From assembly GCA_964016885.1 (NCBI GenBank), contig OZ024746.1, forward strand, positions 90,520,001-90,584,000: a DNA stretch of 64,000 nucleotides. Direction: 5' to 3'. The DNA comes from Eledone cirrhosa. Its lineage: Eukaryota. Under the pieces are notes generated by a model, which did not search any database, was not told where the DNA came from, and was given only the letters and a program-made list of their open reading frames with translations. Made by a program: the position numbers and the translations under genes. This document shows positions 38,855 through 53,230 of this stretch, in pieces (the first letter of the stretch is position 1; every line of letters begins with the position of its first letter).

Positions 38855-39122
38855 GCCAGAAGGCTCATTTTGGCTGGTTCTTATCCCAGTTTCATGGCGT
38901 GAAGCATCTGAGAGTACAAGACTCCCCCCTGGATAGGACACCAGTCCATCGCAGGGTTAAACCTCCAGCTATTGCTGGTACTCATTTTCAGCTGAGTAAA
39001 CTGGAGTAACATGAAATAAAGTGTCTTGCTCAAGGAAACAACACATCACCCGGTCTGAGAATTGAACTCACAACCCTTCGATTGCAAGCCTAATGCTCTA
39101 ACCACTAAGCCATGCACCTTCA
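38855..39122 (-). mobile_element. SINE with family A head and alternative tail
   Basis: ctgagtaaactggag..gctctaaccactaagccatg head; tail cccccctggataggacaccagtccatcgcagg. Confidence 0.75.
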
Positions 39123-39458
39123 CTACACACACAGAGAGAGGCATGCATACTCTTATATACATGCATACACTCATGAACACACAATAACATTTAAGCCATG
39201 ACATAATGGAATTTTTACATAACTCTTAATATCCTGTACTACATAAAAGCCTCATAATCCAGGCATTCTTGAAATTTATAAAACAGTACTATGATTGCAT
39301 CACATTAAACATTGAAGACTTTATGTTAATACTGTAAACATATTTTTACAACAATCTGTCCACCAAAGATATGACGAACAATTGAATTAATAAACCCGTT
39401 TTTATATATTTTCAGCTAAATCATTATAGGATGTTAAGAGTTAAGGACCTAATTTAAC

Positions 39459-39617
39459 CCTTTTTCTTACATTATTATCTCACATAATATTGAATCTAGG
39501 AGATTTTGCTGTTATTTATTTTGAGAATAATATCTTAACATTAGTATGAGTGGGTGGTTTGAACAGAAAGAGGTGAGAGAATTCTGGCCACATCTGGCCA
39601 GTTTAAATGCTAAGGGG
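39459..39617. mobile_element. piggyBac-type MITE family 1, internally deleted
   Basis: ttaaccct...aaatgctaaggggttaa. Confidence 0.65.
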
Positions 39618-39734
39618 TTAATGAGAGCGCTTCCAGTAAACAGCTGAATTTGATTCTTATTAACCACATCAGCAGTTTTGATATAGCTTGAAATAGAATC
39701 CTGAGATTTAGACCGTGCACTAGCAACTACAGAA

Positions 39735-40050
39735 CTATTTAGGTGGATGTTGCACTGCCCTCCTGAGAATGGCTCAAAATATTCCTTGGCAGACCCATCC
39801 CACAATCAAATATATGGAAAAATCCCCAAAGTAAGTGTATGACTGTTGAATGTCATACGAGGTTTACTGGTCACTATTTCTGCATAAAGATGAGATGGTT
39901 TCAGACCTCTTGCTGTGGGAGATCTCCTCCTCTACCAGGAAGCTCAGATACCAAGACACCATAGCAAGAGACAGTGGAATTGAGATGGATGACCTACAAA
40001 TCTTGATGTGAAACAGAGACTGTTGGTGTGAAGTTGTGCTTGCTGTCACG
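39735..40050 (+). mobile_element. RTE/RTE-X LINE 3' fragment
   Basis: Translates LGGCCTALLRMAQNIPWQTHP..IYGKIPKVS..RFTGHY..HKDEMVSDLLLWE..YQDTIARDSG..NRDCW. Confidence 0.7.
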
Positions 40051-40999
40051 CACGCCTAAGAGTTATGGATAAGATAAGAAGAAAGAGTTCTATATTTAAA
40101 TGTACAAACTAAACACATTTACAAAAATTTGTTTTCGTATAGGCAGCAGTGTTGCTTTTATAAAAAGCAAACAGAGATAAATATGTGAAGTTGTGATACT
40201 ATGAGAAAACAAACTCAGTATAGAGTGTAAAGCGATTGGTGTTAGGAGGGCACCCAGCTGTAGTAATCATGCCAAAATAGAACAGATAAACTAAACAAGA
40301 CAGTCGTCTGATCTGACTGATACAGCCTCTCTATGACAACCGATCTAATCTATGCAAGCATTGAAAATAGACATAAAATGGTGATGATGATGATGACGTT
40401 GAAGCATTTCAACATATTTATGTGAGCTGTTAAGTATTTTGGAGCACAAAATCACATAGAATAAACATAAAATAGCAATCTGTAAAACAGTAATTTCAAT
40501 CAAATGTTTCTGTTTCTCCGGTATCAGATATTGCTGAGTCATGTATGTGCTCTCTTGTCAATATATAAACATGCTATAAAGTAATTATCATCAGTAGTTT
40601 TGTATTTCTTCATGCTGGTCTTGGTTGCACACATATGCGGTAGTGCAAACTTACAATTATCTGTATTCTATATTAACCCATACCTCTGATGCTAGTAACA
40701 TAAAAATCTAAAGCTTTGAAAACAACTTCAATCTCAACATTTCAAATTATCACATTATGAATGATAGGTCTTAACAATTTCCAATACCTTATATTTTTTT
40801 AATCCTTAGGGTTAAAATTACATATGACAATAAGTAGATACTAACTAACCCTTGAAAATGTATCAATTCAACCCACCCCCATTATCCCAGACAATCAAAT
40901 ACTACTCAGAAATCTGGGATGGTAGTACAACCATTTCACAAACACAATAGAGGCTATAGTCAATAAAAAAAAGTCATCCACTTGTTAAGCAAATTCAAT

Positions 41000-41656
<657 letters not shown>

Positions 41657-41658
41657 CA

Positions 41659-41828
41659 TCCCGGGTTCAATCGGGATTAACCACAGTAAATAAGGTACTC
41701 AATGCATAGTAGAGTATACCATGTTTATTTAATATAACAATGGATTCTACAGGACTAGAACTGTTTCATTAGAAGGAAATCATCAGGAAAGGGCTTTCCT
41801 GATGAAACAGTTCTAGTCCTGTAGAAGC

Positions 41829-41838
<10 letters not shown>
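41659..41838. mobile_element. Penelope-like end with inverted duplication between microsatellites
   Basis: ttctacaggactagaactgtttcat / atgaaacagttctagtcctgtagaa arms; minus strand carries CTGATGA..GAAAC and AATAAA. Confidence 0.55.
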
Positions 41839-41887
<49 letters not shown>

Positions 41888-42717
41888 AGAGTTAGAAGGG
41901 GATGGAACAAAAGTGTCTAACCCATGCTAGTGTCGAAGATGGACGTTAAACGATGATGATGATGATAACAAAATTAATGAAGATCGCTGGTATAAATATA
42001 GCGCTCCCTAGCGTCTAACTCAGTCAATGAATTACAGTAATGCAGTAATATATATATAAAGAACTAACAAAGAAAGGATTTCTGTGTGAAAAGCTACTGG
42101 ACATTTTAACAACAAAATAAAAAAAATAGAAAATCTAAAAAAACCATTTGCACAAAATAGATGAGAGGGAGGAGGGGGGATAAGATGGTTATAGATCACA
42201 TAGAATAAATGACAACTAAAGCTTAAAAAAGAATGAATAAATAAATAGATGAGAGGAGTTTTAATGTAGATTCTAACAAGCCTGCTGCTATTAGTGAGAT
42301 AAATTTCACAATAGCAGAGCTGAAGGTGATTCCTGAAAGAATGAGGACAAATATTCAGATTGTTAGCAGGTTGAAGTTAATCATTACTTTTTTCAGGGCC
42401 TCTATTTTATCAAAGGATAGTCTTCTACTTACATCACAAGAAACAATTTGTTCTCTTAATTGAATCCATTTAAGAGATAGAAACATACCCCACTCCCCTA
42501 CAGGCTTACAGACGCGGTAATAATGTGTGTGGGGAAGATTGCACACAGTTCACTCACACTTATATGTAATGTATACATACATGCATCATCACACACACAC
42601 ACACAAATATATATACACACACATATACATACATGTACACACACACACATATATATATGCTGAACACACAAGCCGAAACCACTTAGCACTGTGGTCAGGA
42701 TTTTACATATATATATA

Positions 42718-42928
42718 ACGAAGGAGGTGTGGTAAGGAACCAGATGGACCGTAACGCACCAGAGTACTCAATACTTAGGGTAGTAGAGTGGGTAATAGGA
42801 AAATGTTTGACCCCGACGGCAGAGCTCAAGCCGTTTCGACGGTTATTTCTGGACTGAATTCTAATTTAGTCCAGAAATAGCCGTCGAATTGGCTTGAGCT
42901 CTGCCGTCGGGGTCAAACATTTTCCTAC
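42718..42928. mobile_element. Penelope-like end with ~130-bp near-perfect palindrome (42797-42927) in (TA)n
   Basis: taggaaaatgtttgaccccgacggcagagctcaagcc...ggcttgagctctgccgtcggggtcaaacattttccta. Confidence 0.55.
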
Positions 42929-43235
42929 ATATATATATATGTATATGTATGTATATATATATATATATATATAACCCTTGCTAGCAGGGAAAGTGGATGT
43001 TAAAACAACAATTATGAGTGTATGTATGTACAAACACACACTATTTAAAAGCGAGAGTACTATGTGTTCACATAGCTGTGTATGTATATACGTATATGTG
43101 TGTGCCTGTGTGTGTCTGTGTGTTGATATAGCTGTAACCTAAATATTGAGACAAATGTTCATTACAGTAGGATGCATCTCAAAATTATGGCTGGAAGCAT
43201 TTTAGTTGTTCTATTTTTCATAACACACAGATAAA

Positions 43236-43692
43236 GTGCATGGCTTGGTGGTTAGAGTGTTGGGCTTGCAATCACGAGGTTGTGAGTTCGATTTTCAAAC
43301 TGGGCTGATGCATTGTGTCCTTGAGCAAGACACTTTATTTAACATTACTCCAGTTTACTCAGCTGTAGAAAGGAGTTGCGGCATCACTGGCGCCAAGCTG
43401 TATCTGTCATTGCCTTTCACTTGGACAACATTATATAGAGTATTGAATGTACATATAGAGTATAGATTGTATATACAGAGTATATAGTGTGTAAATAGTG
43501 TATGTTGTGACATTACTAATGCCAAACTGTATTGACCATTGCCTTTCCCTTGGACAACATTGGTAGCATGGAGAGGCAAGACGCATGCATTGGCAACTGG
43601 TGGTTTTCCACAAACAACCTTACTTAGCTTGTACCTTGGAGGGCAACTTTCTAAGTGCAAAACCATGGTCATTAGTGACCGATGGGGCCTAT
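43236..43692 (+). mobile_element. tRNA-headed SINE (family A head, alternative tail, internal duplication)
   Basis: TGGCTTGGTGG A box, GAGTTCGATT B box, CCTTGAGCAAGACACTT. Confidence 0.75.
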
Positions 43693-44094
43693 TATAGGGG
43701 GGGGGGGGGTATTAAGGTGGAGGGGATAATTCACTCCTCTCCTTCCTCACATAAATTTGTGTGAAATCTAAAGTAAAATATACATGGTTTTCCCCAACAC
43801 TAGAGTGAGATTTTGTTCTAAAGGAATTAAGACAAGAAAGATGGCACAAATGGTAAAGAACTGGAGTTTCATTCTTCCTTGTTGGTATGAGATAGTCTTC
43901 TGTACTGTCTATTGTTATTTATTTTGTCCTGTATAATCTGGTTTACCTCACTTGAAATCTCACCACACCATTAACAACGTGACTAGACAGGCATCAACTC
44001 ACACTGGATATTCAACACACTCTAGTCAACTCATTTATTTCCATTCAATCTCTGACTAGGGCATCTCGATTCTGACTAGGGCATCTCGATTCTC

Positions 44095-44565
44095 AGTTGA
44101 TGTTATCGGCCTTTTGCAGCGCCCAGCATCGCCTAGTAAGAGATGTGGTAGGCCCTTGAGGTAGGGACAAAAAATCCGCCACCATCTCCCCCCCCCCCCC
44201 AACACACACTCCTAACCCCTTAACAGCTAAGCAAAATGCTGGCGAAAGACTTCACACATCTGCCTGGAATCGTTTAGCTCTCATTCGTCTCGGTCTATCA
44301 AAGACCAAATTGTGATTTTGTTACCATGCTGTACCCTCATTTCTTAGAGCACGAGCCTTACCTTTGGCAATGCAACCTTCGTGTTTCGCATTGAAGAAAT
44401 GGTCTAATGCCATCTCACCACTAGCACATCAGTGGCAATGCCATCTCACCACTAGCACATCAGTGGCAATGCCATCTCACCACTAGCACATCAGTGGCAA
44501 TGCCACTACAAATAGCCTTGTCTAATTCAGCTACCAGCGCTCTGTCCTTTCTATTTTTCTCTAAC
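44095..44565 (-). mobile_element. L1/Tx1-type LINE ORF2 linker fragment with a 31-bp triplication (44409-44505)
   Basis: Minus translation pieces RALVAELDKAICSG..ALDHFFNAKHEGCIA..QHGNKITIWSLID..DSRQMCEVFRQHFA..GLPHLLLGDAGRCKRPIT, resembling the region between EN and RT. Confidence 0.55.
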
Positions 44566-44577
44566 GCTACTTCTAAT

Positions 44578-44750
44578 AATAATTGTTTCTACTTTTGGCA
44601 CAAGGCCAGCAATTATCCCAGTGCATTACTGGTACTATATCAACCCCATAGAGATGAAAGGCAAAGTTAACCTTGGTGGGATTTGAACTCAGACCGTAAA
44701 GGGCCGTGACTTTATGCTGCAAACTACCGATACTGCTAATCTACCGCCAA
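44578..44750 (-). mobile_element. SINE family B (deleted)
   Basis: Shares a small deletion and ccccatagagatgaaagg with 45350-45520. Confidence 0.75.
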
Positions 44751-44925
44751 TAATAATAGTAATAATAGAACACAATGGAGAATCCATCCCAGTTAAAACA
44801 AAGACTTGTTTTATATAAATAAATTGGATGATTATATATATATATATATATATAGTGTGTGTGAGTGTGTGTGTGTATGTGTGTATATATATATATGTGT
44901 GTGTGTGCATGTGAGTGTGTGTGTG

Positions 44926-44958
<33 letters not shown>

Positions 44959-45349
44959 ATTATCTCCGAGAGGAGAAAATAATTCAAGGATAGACACAAA
45001 TCAATGTAAGCTGGTCTAAGAAAGCATAATCAATCTCTGTTTAGTGGATTCCTGGATGAAATGTTAAACTGGAGAGGTTGACAATCAGCAACAGCAGTAG
45101 ATGCAGTAGTAGAAGCAGCAGCAGTAGATGCAGTAGAAGCAGCAGCAGAGCTTGTCACCATGGGGTGGGGGAATGTTTGCACTCAACACTGTCTCATACA
45201 ATGATGCACTTACATATTTACAGCTTTGTATCATCTCCCATTCCCTACACTCCTATCACACAAAATACAAAGAATCACACATTTAGGCTAAATGAAAACT
45301 AATTGAATTTTCTATTAGGGGTTTTTTTGTTTTGTTTTCCTGGTTGCTT

Positions 45350-45520
45350 TAATAATTGTTTCTACTTTTGGCACAAGGCCAGCAATTATCCCAGTGTATT
45401 ACTAGTACTATATTTTATTAACCCCATAGAGATGAAAGGCAAAGTTAACCTTGGCGGGATTTGAACTCAGACCATAAAGGGCCGTAACTCTTTGCTGCAA
45501 AGCATGGCGTCCAACCCTCT
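45350..45520 (-). mobile_element. SINE family B
   Basis: Family motifs. Confidence 0.75.
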
Positions 45521-45851
45521 AAAAAAACAATGAAGGGGTTTTTATTTGTTTCTTCCTAGAAATCAGGGAAAGAAAGGGAGTAAGATGACAGACAATAGTG
45601 CCCCCCAGTAGTTTTTCTCTAGGGCAGAATGTGGGGTCAAGAAAAAAGAAAAGGTGCAGTCAGATATTTCTTACCTTTAAGCAAAAAAAAGGTGTAGGGT
45701 GGTGGTGGAGTGGGGGTATGAATGTAGGGGGTGTAATAGGTGGTGGTGAGGTGGGGGTAGGAATGTAGAGGGTGTAATACTTAAGATCTATTCAAGATTT
45801 CTCAATAACAAAAGAAACCACTATTATTATTATTATTATTTATTTTATTGA

Positions 45852-46062
45852 GGGCGGTGGATTGGCAGTATCGGTAGAGGGTCGGACACCATGCTTTGCA
45901 GCATAGAGTTACGGCTCTTTATTATCCGAGCTCAAATCCCGCCGAGGTTAACTTTGCCTTTCATCCTTATGGGGTCGATAAAATAAAGTACCAGTCACGC
46001 ACTGGGGTCGATTTAATCGACTTTCCCCTCCCCCCAAATTGCTGGCCTTGTGCCTATATAAA
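45852..46062 (+). mobile_element. Full-length SINE family B (long form)
   Basis: Head ggcggtggattggcagtatcggtagag, B-box-like GAGCTCAAATCC, central gttaactttgcctttcatccttatggggtcgataaaataaagtaccag, AT-rich tail. Confidence 0.85.
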
Positions 46063-46893
46063 AAAACATTATTTATTTTATTTTCTACATTATTTCTATT
46101 TGTTTTTATTTTATTAAAATACACAGGAAATGTTGAAATAACTAACAAAACTTCTCCTTTTTAGAGAGAGAGACGGGAGGAGGGAGAGAGGGAGAGAGAG
46201 GGGAAGGAAGAGGTGGAGATGGAGAGAGAGGGGAGAGAGAAAGAGAGAGAGAGAAAGAAGAGAGAGAGAGAGAGAAAAGAGAGAGAGAGAGAAAGAAAAG
46301 AAAGAGAGAGAGACATCTTGCTAGAGGATTAGCAGGAAGAACAAGCACAAACAATGGTGATACATCAAAGAAAAAGAAAAGAAATAAACATTAAAAATTG
46401 TAAAATAAATAATGTGTTCAATGAGAAAAGTGTATGAATAGATAGATATATAGATAGATTGATATAGATAGATATATAGATAGATATAGATAGATTGATA
46501 TAAATAGATATATAGATAGATATAGATAGATTGATATAGATAGATAGATAGATTGATATAGATAGATAGACAGATAGATAGATAGATAGATAGATAGGTA
46601 AATGATAAATAGATAGATAGATAGATAGATGGATGGATGGATAGATAGATGAATTTGGCAAGAAAAAAGAGAGGCAGGTAGAAAGATCTGGAGGAGGGGG
46701 TGGATGTACATAGAGGCATATAGACAAATACACTGACATAGATTTTTGAAAAATATTTTTGGCAGAAAACTTGTAATGATGTGTTGAAAGAGAGCTGTAG
46801 TAGAATATCAGTGAATATGTCACAGAAGAGACCCACAGATGATTATTATGTGAGGGTAGGGTGTATGTGTGTATGTATGTGTGTATATATACA

Positions 46894-47490
46894 CTAGCCG
46901 AATTACCCGCGCCTTGCTGTGTTTCACACATTTTTTTTTGTAAGAAAATGAGGATTGATTTTAAATCAGTGATATAATTTATGGAGAAAAACTCTACATT
47001 TCAATATTATTCAATGTAAAATGTAATGCATGAAAAATTGGAAAACATTATTTTTTGCAATATATCAAATCAAAATTACATTATTAAATCTTATTCTTAT
47101 TTTGTTTCTTGTAAATATTTTTTTTCAAAATATCAATTCAAAACTTGATCATTTCATTTTTGTGTAAAGTATTATTTTATTTGGACTTCCAAAATTTTCA
47201 CAATAGGGGGTTTAACCCCAATTAGGGTGTCTTAATATTATTGAAATTTGCTGAAATAGGCATCATATCTTGTCATTTACCTATGGTTTAAATTTCATAT
47301 TAATCGAAGGGAACAAATTTTCAGCATGGCTTTGTGCCCCTGGGGAACCCTTTGATTAAAATGAAATATACTTATCCAAGTACCCTGGGCAATGTAGTTT
47401 CAGAATATATATGGTTATGGGGGTCTATCTTCAAAACCATAGGAGGAATTCGTGAAGAAACAAACAAACAGACAGGAACTACATATATAT
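46894..47490 (-). mobile_element. Non-autonomous Helitron-like element
   Basis: Minus-strand 3' end CTAG|T preceded by GC-rich hairpin (cagcaaggcgcggg); other end has the (TCTG/TTTG)n motif, exact 5' end hidden in microsatellite. Confidence 0.6.
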
Positions 47491-47504
47491 GCACACATTT
47501 ACAT

Positions 47505-47556
<52 letters not shown>

Positions 47557-47602
47557 GTATATATATATATCTGTGTGTGTGTTTATATATATGTGTGTGT
47601 GT

Positions 47603-47650
<48 letters not shown>

Positions 47651-47767
47651 TTATATATATATATATATATATCAAGTGGGACTACCCCCGTCCAAACCCA
47701 TGCAAGCGTGGAACACGGACGTTAAACGTTGATGATGATGATGATGATGATGATGTATGTGTGTGTT

Positions 47768-47804
<37 letters not shown>

Positions 47805-47814
47805 CTGTGTGTGT

Positions 47815-47878
<64 letters not shown>

Positions 47879-47879
47879 T

Positions 47880-47916
<37 letters not shown>

Positions 47917-48284
47917 GAAAAATGAGGTATAATATTTGTGTGCTAAGTGAAGTTGCTTTTGGATGAGGTGATCATGAATTAGATTATAACTAACATAGTT
48001 TGTGTTAACCCCATAAAAAAGAAAGTTATGAACTGGAAGAAGCACTTGAATGAACAGATAAAGAGACAACTAGCTATAAAATATAATTCTCTTGGCATTA
48101 TGGAAAAGTTTTCATTTAGGTGGTTGTAAAATTCCAGTGAAAAAAAACACAGAGTATGTATGATCATGTGATACAGATCAGATGATACACCTGATCATAC
48201 ATACTCTGGTTTTTTGTCATACACACTCTGTCATACAGATGATATAGATCATATCATACAGCAATTTTGCTAGGATAACTTTAA

Positions 48285-48492
48285 CCCTTTAGCATTTACA
48301 TTACTCTATATATACTATTGTATTTTTGTGGTAAAAGCTTTACCTCACATAATATCAAATCTATGAGATTTTGATGTTATTTATTTTGAGAACAATACCT
48401 TAACATCAGTATGAGTGGCCAGTTATGGCTGGTTTAAACAGAAAAAGGTGAGAGAATTCTGGCCGGATATGACTGGTTTAAATGCTAAAGGG
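48285..48492. mobile_element. piggyBac-type MITE family 1, intact 208-bp single-unit copy
   Basis: TTAA TSD both sides; perfect 14-bp TIR CCCTTTAGCATTTA. Confidence 0.92.
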
Positions 48493-48589
48493 TTAAAAAT
48501 CATATCCATGATTATTGTAGTCAATCACAAATGTTCAACTAAGAACTGTCATATCCATGTTCTATACAATAAGTACAAGTAAAAGTAAT

Positions 48590-49175
48590 TTTGAAGAAGG
48601 TAAGGTCGATTAAATCAGTCTCAGTACATTACTGGTACTAAATTTTATGAAGCCCGTAAGGATGACAAGCCAAGCTAACGTTGGCAGGATTTGATCTCAT
48701 GTAAAGAGCTATAACTGTGTCATAAAGCATGTTGTCAGGTTCTCTAACAACTCTACTAATCTGCTGCCCTAACAACAGTAACAATAATAAAATAATTGTT
48801 TCTACTTTAGGCACAAGGCCAGCAATTATCCAGTACATTACTGGTACTTTATTTTATCGACCACGTAAGGATGAAAGGCAAAGTTAACCTTGGCGGGATT
48901 TGAACTCAGACCGTAAAGGGACGTAACTATGCTAGAAAGCATGGTGTCCAACCCTTACCGATACTGCCAATTCACCAATAATAAAATAATTGTTTCTACT
49001 TTAGGCACAAGGCCAGTAATTACCCAGTGCATTACTGGTACTTTATTTTATCGACCCCGTAAGGATGAAAGGCAAAGTCAACCTCGGCGGGATTTGAACT
49101 CAGATGGCAAAGGGACATAACTATGCTGGAAAGCATGGCGTCCGACCCTCTACCGACACTGCCAATCCACCGCCA
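48590..49175 (-). mobile_element. Three head-to-tail SINE family B copies
   Basis: Copies at ~48590-48770, 48790-48978, 48985-49175 separated by aataataaaataat. Confidence 0.85.
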
Positions 49176-49567
49176 ATCCACCACCAATAATAAAATAATG
49201 ATTGATAAAAATAAAAAAAAGAATAATCCAGCTGAATTGATGGAAATGCAAACAAATTAAGCTTGCTTCTTATGAGCAACCTTTGAACTTTATATATGTG
49301 TGTGTGTGTGTGTGTGTACGTGTGTGTGTATCCAAGATGGCCAACTGAATACGCACATGTGTTATGCGTTATGTTTCTCCTCCAATTCCCCGTTCCTTCC
49401 TCTCATCACTCTTTATCTTTCTATTTATCTTCTATTCCTAACTCTATCTTCGGATGAAGGACTAGTGTCTGAAACGTTAAGACTCTCTACCTGCTACTTC
49501 AAGCGTTAAACAAATATATTTCTTCCATGTACTGTGCTGTTTGTTTTGTTATTTTTGTTTACCTTTT

Positions 49568-49602
<35 letters not shown>

Positions 49603-49919
49603 CAGACACACACAAAATTCTATATTAGAACAGGTGATAAGACATGTTCAGGTATAGATAGGTATGAACTGAACTGTTCAATATCATTTCACAAAAGAAT
49701 CTGCTTAAGAAACTGCCTAAAACCTCTCCTAGTCCAATAATATAATGGTGTTTATTTAATAGTTTTGAATTCAGATTTCTAAATGAAATACAGTGGAACC
49801 TTTATTCCTGAAGGCCATGTAAACTGAAACTACTTTTTTCCCATATAAAATGTTGAGAGAGAGAGAGAGGGGAGAGGGGAGAGAGAGAGAGAGACTGTGT
49901 GAAAGACAGATAGAATCAC

Positions 49920-50025
49920 CATAGTAACTAACTACACAGCAGGTGACGTTTTCCCGTCGATATTCCCAGCTTGTTGCCAACTGTTGTTGCTGGCTTACAT
50001 GACTGTTACTTGAGACACCGTTCAT
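49920..50025 (-). CDS. Possible first coding exon (MNGVSSNSHVSQQQQLATSWEYRRENVTCCVVSYY)
   Basis: Acceptor cttctcacctCAG| at 50058, in-frame stop before the ATG, weak phase-1 donor G|GTGATT compatible with downstream phase-1 exons; competing donor CAT|GTAAGC. Confidence 0.22.
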
Positions 50026-50146
50026 GAAGAGGTTTTATGTTCAGAGAAATTGTTTATCTGAGGTGAGAAGCATTCATTGACCAAGACTCCACTGTACACT
50101 ATATTTCAATTTATGAATGAAAAATTTGGAATGATTTATAAAAAAA

Positions 50147-50885
50147 CTAGCAGAATGGCCCGGCATTGCTCAGGATTCTGAACATAGATTGGCATGTTTA
50201 TCTGAAACAGTTTCGTCGTATGTTCACCAATTGATGCAGAAGTCCTAATAAAAAGTGAAGTCACCTTGGGTGAATAGGTAAATAATTTTCCATTAAGATT
50301 TTTCAAAAGCATGTAATTGCGTTCCCTCTCTTTTTTGTTGTTGTTTTTGCTGCTGTCGAGCCTCATGAAATAAATACGTTTGTTTATATTTTGTTATTGT
50401 GTATGCAAAAATATCTGTACACGAATATATAATTATATATATATTAAAATAACAGATTAAAGTTTAAGCAAAGAATTGCTGCTTTCACCCTTAACGGGAT
50501 CTTCTGAAACTAAAAAAATCAATCTGTGAATGCAGAAGTAAATATTTCGAAAAACGTTACACACTATATATATATACACACACTATATATACATATATAC
50601 ACACACACACACAGATAGTGTCATAATGTCGTAATGCAGACAGCTAGACATACAGACAGAAATTATAAGGCCGCGACGTCATAGCTATGTATCTATCTAA
50701 AAAGACAGAGAGATCGCTAAACGGCGCCTAATCAAGTCCCTAGAACATTGAAAATTTGAAATATTTTTTGCTCAAAACACTCACACGACCATAAATATTA
50801 CATGTGTAAAGTTTGAAAAAAATCGGTTGGGTGGCTCTCGAGGTTTAGGGAGACAGACAGACATTCTCTGTTTTAGATATATAGA
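50147..50885 (-). mobile_element. Non-autonomous Helitron with both termini
   Basis: Minus strand A|TCTATATATCTAAAACAGAGAATGTCTGTCTG...CCTGAGCAATGCCGGG-ccattctg-CTAG|T: 5'-TC, 3' hairpin plus CTAG, inserted between A and T, no TSD. Confidence 0.85.
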
Positions 50886-51280
50886 TACTAAATATTTTAT
50901 CAACCTAACTTATCCCTAAAGTTTTTATATTAAATGTTGTTGGAATATTTAAAGTTAAATTCAAACCCTATGAATGGGTAGTTATGTTTCATAATACTAG
51001 GGACAGTTTTGGGCAAATTGGTATCAAAAGAGTTAAAGTGTCTCCATTTAAAAACATTCCATCATAATATGATGTAAGAGACTTTCATAAGTTATGTTTA
51101 TTAACATCAACTTAATAATGAATGGGTAATGATGTCAACTATTTTTGCAGGGAGTGAGCTTATACAGACAATTTGTTGGAGTATTTTTCATAGTAAAAAT
51201 AAATACATGCATTGAAGCTTCTAACTGAAGGTTAATTTTCAATAAATACATATCCAACAGCTCCAGTATCCAGTCTACTC

Positions 51281-52526
51281 CACTGTAGATATCAACCATT
51301 ACATGATACCATCAGATATCCAACACTGTAGATATCAACCATTACATGTTACCATCAGATATCCAACACTGTAGATATCAACCATTACATGGTACCATCA
51401 GATATCCAACACTGTAGATATCAACCATTACATGTTACCATCAGATATCCCCCACTGTAGATATCAACCATTACATGATACCATCAGATATCCAACACTG
51501 TAGATATCAACCATTACATGTTACCATCAGATATCCCCACTGTAGATATCAACCATTACATGTTACCATCAGATATCCTCCACTGTAGATATCAACCATT
51601 ACATGTTACCATCAGATATCCAACACTGTAGATATCAACCATTACATGTTACCATCAGATATCCAACACTGTAGATATAAACCATTACATGTTACCATCA
51701 GATATCCCCACTGTAGATATCAACCATTACATGTTACCATCAGATATCCTCCACTGTAGATATCAACCATTACATGTTACCATCAGATATCCAACACTGT
51801 AGATATCAACCATTACATGTTACCATCAGATATCCAACACTGTAGATATCAACCATTACATGTTACCATCAGATATCCCCCACTGTAGATATCAACCATT
51901 ACATGATACCATCAGATATCCAACACTGTAGATATCAACCATTACATGTTACCATCAGATATCCCCACTGTAGATATCAACCATTACATGTTACCATCAG
52001 ATATCCAACACTGTAGATATCAACCATTACATGTTACCATCAGATATCCCCCACTGTAGATATCAACCATTACATGTTACCATCAGATATCCAACACTGT
52101 AGATATCAACCATTACATGTTACCATCAGATATCCAACACTGTAGATATCAACCATTACATGATACCATCAGATATCCCCCACTGTAGATATCAACCATT
52201 ACATGCTACCATCAGATATCCAACACTGTAGATATCAACCATTACATGTTACCATCAGATATCCAACACTGTAGATATCAACCATTACATGTTACCATCA
52301 GATATCCAACACTGTAGATATCAACCATTACATGTTACCATCAGATATCCAACACTGTAGATATCAACCATTACATGATACCATCAGATATCCAACACTG
52401 TAGATATCAACCATTACATGTTACCATCAGATATCCCCCACTGTAGATATCAACCATTACATGATACCATCAGATATCCAACACTGTAGATATCAACCAT
52501 TACATGATACCATCAGATATCCAACA
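51281..52526. repeat. 43-bp minisatellite (~29 units)
   Basis: cactgtagatatcaaccattacatg(t/a)taccatcagatatc(caa/ccc/cc). Confidence 0.97.
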
Positions 52527-52682
52527 ATATGCAGTCTTCTCCAATCAATTCGATTCATTGCCCACATTTCACTATTACACATGATTTTTACATATACTCT
52601 GTTCCCTCCCCCCTCTCACACATATGGTGTCTGTCTCCCCCTCTCTCTCTCACACACACACACACACATGGTGTCTGTCTCC

Positions 52683-52717
<35 letters not shown>

Positions 52718-53077
52718 GTAAACTTAACTTCTAGATATGATATTAATTTTCAAAAGATGTACTGCAAAACCAAATTAATAAGAATGGTACTGATGGCAGA
52801 AATCTGGTAATAACCTAATATAGACGTTTCCACAATAATCACTGTTGCGAAGACAACCAGAATCTATGTAGCTTATCAGAATATCAAGAATGGCATGTAC
52901 TGGTAAGAATGGTAAGAATGGAAAGAATATGTAATATCTAAACATATAGAAATTCAAACCTTGTTAGTTGAACATCAGAGTTACTATATGAAAAGGAGGA
53001 ATGAGATTAATAAATATAGTGTTTGTGGTTCTCAATCTGGTGCCGTTAGTAAGACCCTTCAGATAAAAATAAATTCA

Positions 53078-53230
53078 ATAATTGTTTCTACTTTAGGCAC
53101 AAGGCCAGCAATTACCCAGTACATTACTGGTACTTTATTTTATCGACCCCGTAAGGATGAAAGGCAAAGTCAACCTCAGCGGGATTTGAACTCAGATCGT
53201 AAAGGGACGTAACTATGCTGGAAAGCATGT
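53078..53230 (-). mobile_element. SINE family B, 5'-truncated
   Basis: Family motifs. Confidence 0.8.
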
